From positions 960,001-992,000 of the forward strand of contig NZ_CP179200.1 of the NCBI RefSeq assembly GCF_051201565.1: DNA of 32,000 nt, given 5' to 3'. This document shows, piece after piece, positions 28,410 to 32,000 of this stretch (position 1 is the first letter of the stretch; every line of letters starts with the position of its first letter). The notes beneath the pieces are model-generated. The model was given only the letters and a program-made list of their open reading frames with translations. It was not told the origin of the DNA and did no database searches. The translations under genes and the position numbers were made by a program. Source of the stretch: Pseudothioglobus sp. nBUS_23 (lineage in GTDB: Bacteria; Pseudomonadota; Gammaproteobacteria; PS1; Pseudothioglobaceae).

Positions 28410-29446
28410 TTAATGACAATAGTTTTATTTTCATCTGAACGATCTAAAATTTTTCCAATAGGTTTGAGATCAAAAGAATTAGATCTCATAAGGTCATAAA
28501 AGTCTTTCAAGCCTTCGCCAGAAACTGAAACAAGAAGCCCACCACTGGTCTGAGGATCACAAACAATAGATTTTTCAATTTCTGATAATTCGCCCAGATG
28601 ACTACCATAACTCTCAAAGTTTCTATCAGTGCCCCCTGGAACACAGTCATTTTCAATATATTTAAGGATGTTAGGTAATAAAGGTAAGCTTTCAAAATAA
28701 ATCTCAGCAGACACTTCACTCCCTTTGCAAACCTCCAAAAGGTGTCCCGCCAAGCCAAAACCTGTAACGTCTGTGACCGCATTTACGAAACTATTAGTGG
28801 AAAGCTTGGGGCCGATATCATTTAGTGAACACATCTGATTTACTGCACGATTATGATCACTTTGTGTGACAACTTTCTTTTTTTGTGCGGTGGATAGAAC
28901 CCCTATTCCTAGTGGTTTAGTCAAGAATAATGAGTCACCGGGCTGGGCACCAATATTTTTTTTAAGATTTTTTATTTCAACTATGCCAGAAACCGATAGA
29001 CCAAAAATCGGTTCTGGAGAATCAATACTATGCCCTCCAGCAAGAGAAATGCCTGCGCGTGAGCAGATTTCTCGGCCTCCATCGATTACTTTAGCTCCAA
29101 TTTCAGCCGAAAGCATATTTATGGGCCATCCAAATATTGAGATCGCCATGAGCGGCTTTCCACCCATTGCATATACATCACTTAGCGCATTACTGCCAGC
29201 TATCATTCCAAAATGAAAGGGGTCATCAACGATTGGCATAAAGAAATCTGTAGTACTGATCAGAGCCCTTCCATCTCCAAGGTCATAGACAGCAGCATCA
29301 TCACTCGACTCATGTCCTACCAACAGTTTTGAATCTAAGTTTTCATAACTACTTCCTAGAATCTCTTTTAAAACTTTAGGAGATATTTTGCATCCACAGC
29401 CAGCACCATGGCTAAATTCAGTTAATTTAATATCATTAATACTCAT
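28406..29446 (-). CDS. selD: selenide, water dikinase (selenophosphate synthetase), Cys-type
   Basis: 346 aa. The N-terminus LTEFSHGAGCGCKISPKVL matches the E. coli SelD active-site loop, with Cys rather than Sec. Also STTDFFMPIVDDPF and DVTGFGL.GHL. Confidence 0.95.
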   Translation of the reverse strand: MSINDIKLTEFSHGAGCGCKISPKVLKEILGSSYENLDSKLLVGHESSDDAAVYDLGDGRALISTTDFFMPIVDDPFHFGMIAGSNALSDVYAMGGKPLMAISIFGWPINMLSAEIGAKVIDGGREICSRAGISLAGGHSIDSPEPIFGLSVSGIVEIKNLKKNIGAQPGDSLFLTKPLGIGVLSTAQKKKVVTQSDHNRAVNQMCSLNDIGPKLSTNSFVNAVTDVTGFGLAGHLLEVCKGSEVSAEIYFESLPLLPNILKYIENDCVPGGTDRNFESYGSHLGELSEIEKSIVCDPQTSGGLLVSVSGEGLKDFYDLMRSNSFDLKPIGKILDRSDENKTIVIK

Positions 29447-29451
29447 CAGGT

Positions 29452-30105
29452 TTATTTAAGGTTTGAGTACTCAGAACTAAGTTCGCTGTATAAGTCTTCA
29501 GGAGAGATTCTAGGGTTGTTATCCATAATTTTAAAAGCAACTACATTATCTTCAACGCCACCCCAATTCTTTCTATAAGTTCCATCTTTATAACCATTTT
29601 TTTGTCTGAAAGTATTTAATTGATTCTTGACAACATATCGCTTATATAAATCTTCAACATCAATACCCAAATGAGAAATAATTTCAAAAAAGAGATCTGT
29701 AATTTTCCTGATATTATTGAGTTCTGGATTAATGTTTGAGGTGACTGATAATTGGAGCATGTTTTCGAGCAATGAAACCAAGATATCACTATCAAAGTCT
29801 CCCTTTGTAGTTATCTCAAGATGCTTATTTGCATAGGTCTGGTCATCAATTCGAATGGACTCAGACATAATAAAATGCCAAATATCAACCAATTCAACTT
29901 TGATGTTATTCCAATCTGGCTGATCATTAATATTTTTCCAATGTTTCCAATTAAAGGAGTCAATGGCCTCAGCAACCTCCATATAGATGCCTCTATACCA
30001 TGAAATTTTTCTATTCTCTTTTGTGACTCCTGTTATCCAAATTTCCCCATTGGTCTGGTCATTTAACTGCTTTTGGAGGGCAAACATTTGTTCAATTTGA
30101 TTCAT
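29452..30105 (-). CDS. all-alpha dimeric dUTPase family (dUTPase_2 / MazG-like NTP pyrophosphatase)
   Basis: 217 aa with paired metal-binding motifs E43-x-x-E46 (YMEVAEAIDS) and E71-x-x-D74 (ELVDIWHF), as in dimeric dUTPases. The stop lies 5 nt upstream of the selD start. Confidence 0.7.
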   Translation of the reverse strand: MNQIEQMFALQKQLNDQTNGEIWITGVTKENRKISWYRGIYMEVAEAIDSFNWKHWKNINDQPDWNNIKVELVDIWHFIMSESIRIDDQTYANKHLEITTKGDFDSDILVSLLENMLQLSVTSNINPELNNIRKITDLFFEIISHLGIDVEDLYKRYVVKNQLNTFRQKNGYKDGTYRKNWGGVEDNVVAFKIMDNNPRISPEDLYSELSSEYSNLK

Positions 30106-30166
30106 TTGATTATTTTTTTAGAGAAATTCAAAATTATAGAGATAATATAAAAACCAGAAACAGAAC

Positions 30167-30484
30167 TTAATATCTTTCAACAGAGTCATCTATCTCTCTG
30201 GACCAGGCATCTATTCCACCTCGAAGGTTAAAAAGAGATTGAAAGCCATTAGATAACAGGAAGTTTGCCACCTGCATCGAGCGCATTCCATGATGACAAT
30301 AGATGGAATAACTTGATTCTGGATTTAATTCAGAAAATGTTTCCATAATCGAGCTCATAGGCATATTGACCGCGCCCTCAATTTTGCAGATGTCGAGCTC
30401 CCATTTTTCTCTGACATCAATCAGTGTATTGCCATCTTTGGTTAAATTGTCTTGAAATTCTTGAGGATTAAGGTCTTCTAACAT
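30167..30484 (-). CDS. single-domain rhodanese sulfurtransferase
   Basis: 105 aa with LIDVRE..E and the active-site loop CHHGMRS, then GGIDAW. Confidence 0.85.
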   Translation of the reverse strand: MLEDLNPQEFQDNLTKDGNTLIDVREKWELDICKIEGAVNMPMSSIMETFSELNPESSYSIYCHHGMRSMQVANFLLSNGFQSLFNLRGGIDAWSREIDDSVERY

Positions 30485-30563
30485 CTTCTAAATTCGTTAT
30501 TAAAAACTGTATTTTATTATTAACAATTGCTAATGAGTAAGTTTAATGGGTAAAATTTAGTTT

Positions 30564-30833
30564 GTGAGTAAAAGTAATGACGACATCTTCAAATTCCCCT
30601 GCGAATACCCAATAAAAGTTTTCGGTTTAAATCAACCCAAAATCGAAGAATCAGTCTGCTCAATCATAGAAAACTATGTGGGGAAACTTCACAAAAATCA
30701 AGTTTCAATCAAGAATAGCTCTAAAGGGAAATATATTTCGATAACCATTAGAATTATTGCGACTAGTCGCCAACAATTAGACTCAATAAACGCCGATCTT
30801 CAAAAGTCCCCTCTAGTGTCTTACCTTTTATAA
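30564..30833 (+). CDS. ybeD: DUF493 protein YbeD-like
   Basis: 89 aa. FKFPCEYPIKVFG and SSKGKYISITI parallel E. coli YbeD (LEFPTPFTYKVMG, SSKGNYHSVSI). GTG start. ybeD-lipB-lipA order. Confidence 0.8.
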   Translation: MSKSNDDIFKFPCEYPIKVFGLNQPKIEESVCSIIENYVGKLHKNQVSIKNSSKGKYISITIRIIATSRQQLDSINADLQKSPLVSYLL

Positions 30834-30839
30834 ATCCTG

Positions 30840-31451
30840 ATGATGAAAATAAAAGAAAAGGGTCTTCAAGATTACAACTCAACTTGGCAGGAGATGCTCT
30901 CTTTCACTGAGAAAAGAAACAATCATACTGAAGATGAGTTATGGACTCTAGAGCATAGGAGCGTTTTCACTCAAGGGCTCAGTGGAAAGCCAGAGCATCT
31001 ACTCAAAGATACTGAGATAGAGGTCATTAAGTCGGACAGAGGTGGTCAAATTACCTATCATGGCCCTGGTCAATTGATAGTTTATTGCTTGATTGATATT
31101 AAAAGACTCGGTATCGGAGTCAAACAAATGGTGAGTATTATTGAGAAGTCCATTATAGATCTATTGAGCGATTACTCAATCTCGTCTCATAAGATTCCTG
31201 GCGCGCCAGGGGTGTATGTGGATGGATCTAAAATTGCCGCACTGGGGCTAAAGATCAAGCGTGGCAAAACCTATCACGGTCTCAGTCTAAATGTCGACAT
31301 GAATCTTTCACCCTATAGCCTTATTAACCCCTGTGGATACAAGGATTTAAAGATAACCCAAATGTCTAATCTCACGGATAATAAACCTGATTTAGATAAA
31401 ATTAAAAAACAATTAACTAAAAATCTCACTAAATATGTCTCAAGAAGTTGA
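30840..31451 (+). CDS. lipB: octanoyltransferase
   Basis: 203 aa with [24 protein letters not shown] and NPCG catalytic motifs. The start could equally be the adjacent ATG at 30843. Confidence 0.9.
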   Translation: MMKIKEKGLQDYNSTWQEMLSFTEKRNNHTEDELWTLEHRSVFTQGLSGKPEHLLKDTEIEVIKSDRGGQITYHGPGQLIVYCLIDIKRLGIGVKQMVSIIEKSIIDLLSDYSISSHKIPGAPGVYVDGSKIAALGLKIKRGKTYHGLSLNVDMNLSPYSLINPCGYKDLKITQMSNLTDNKPDLDKIKKQLTKNLTKYVSRS

Positions 31452-32000
31452 AATAAAGGCCCTTAAAGGCGAGTCTAAGGTTAGTCGACTCAAGATTAGG
31501 CCTGATTCAGAGAGAAAACCAATAAAGAAACCCAACTGGATACGAATTAGGCACGCAAATTCAAGCAAGGTCAATGAATTAAAAAAAACACTCAGAAGTC
31601 AAGACCTTTTTACAGTCTGTGAAGAGGCGCAGTGTCCCAACCTGAGCGAGTGCTTTAATCATGGAACTGCAACCTTTATGATTATGGGTCAAATCTGCAC
31701 TCGAAGATGTCCTTTTTGTGACGTAGCTCATGGCCGGCCGAAGCCTTTAGATAAAAATGAACCTGGACACTTGGCAGATACAATTGCAAAAATGGCCCTA
31801 AAGTATGTCGTCATAACTTCTGTTGACAGGGACGATTTGAGAGATGGAGGGGCAAGCCACTTTAAAGACTGCATCGACAACATTAGAAAAAAAACTCCTC
31901 TTGTAAAAATTGAGGTATTGACCCCTGATTTCAGAGGTCGAGTAGATAAAGCACTCAACATTTTTGATGATTGTGCGCCAGATGTTTTTAATCATAATTT
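31435..32000 (+). CDS. lipA: lipoyl synthase, N-terminal ~188 codons (continues beyond the window end)
   Basis: Absent from the ORF track because no stop lies within the window. Manual translation from ATG 31435 gives MSQEVEIK...[51 protein letters not shown]...ITSVDRDDL, with both LipA cysteine clusters. 17-nt overlap with lipB. Confidence 0.9.
   Translation, partial: MSQEVEIKALKGESKVSRLKIRPDSERKPIKKPNWIRIRHANSSKVNELKKTLRSQDLFTVCEEAQCPNLSECFNHGTATFMIMGQICTRRCPFCDVAHGRPKPLDKNEPGHLADTIAKMALKYVVITSVDRDDLRDGGASHFKDCIDNIRKKTPLVKIEVLTPDFRGRVDKALNIFDDCAPDVFNHN

Noticed and set aside
28866-29216. 116-aa plus-strand ORF antisense to selD, and the minus-strand out-of-frame ORF 28507-28782
   Set aside because: Both are embedded in the strongly supported selD gene. 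The translations are Pro/Ser/Ile-rich with no motifs, so they are most likely frame artefacts.
1-32000. Search for selenoprotein genes (in-frame TGA joining adjacent same-strand ORFs) prompted by the presence of selD
   Set aside because: No pair of adjacent same-frame ORFs separated by a single TGA was seen. All recognised genes are intact with ordinary stops.
1-32000. Scan for tRNA/rRNA genes, CRISPR-like spaced repeats, IS elements, integrases, toxin-antitoxin pairs and known defence-system genes
   Set aside because: None recognised. The intergenic regions are short and AT-rich with no GC-rich structured-RNA-like segments, and every sizeable ORF has a housekeeping or transporter assignment apart from DUF1643 and the 134-aa ORF.

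Overview
The window reads as a tightly packed, low-GC (about one-third G+C by eye) core-chromosome segment of a streamlined gammaproteobacterium, possibly a marine lineage; taxonomy cannot be fixed from the sequence alone. Nearly all of it is coding, and the gene order matches classic gammaproteobacterial blocks: lgt-thyA-rnc-era-recO-pdxJ-acpS, bamD-MFS-ssb, spoT, iscX-tolB-pal-cpoB, a pabB-like gene, nadE, aapJQMP (general amino-acid ABC transporter), an EamA transporter, nrdA-nrdB-yfaE with tandem NrdR boxes, a rhodanese / dimeric dUTPase-selD-selU cluster, and ybeD-lipB-lipA. I found no tRNA, rRNA, CRISPR array, transposase, integrase or recognisable defence island, so I do not claim a clear novel multi-gene system. 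The features most worth follow-up are: (1) a phage-repressor-like HTH module fused in frame to the N-terminus of glutamine-dependent NAD+ synthetase, next to the largest non-coding stretch (426 bp), which holds a perfect 19-bp palindrome; (2) a translationally coupled dUTPase_2-selD-selU operon with an upstream rhodanese and no Sec-decoding genes in view; (3) a Pal lipoprotein enlarged by a tandem acidic repeat of about 53 aa; (4) an orphan iscX coupled to tolB with no tolQRA upstream; (5) an orphan winged-helix ORF in an AT-rich pocket; and (6) a DUF1643 gene. All family assignments come from motif recognition by eye and memory, not from database searches.
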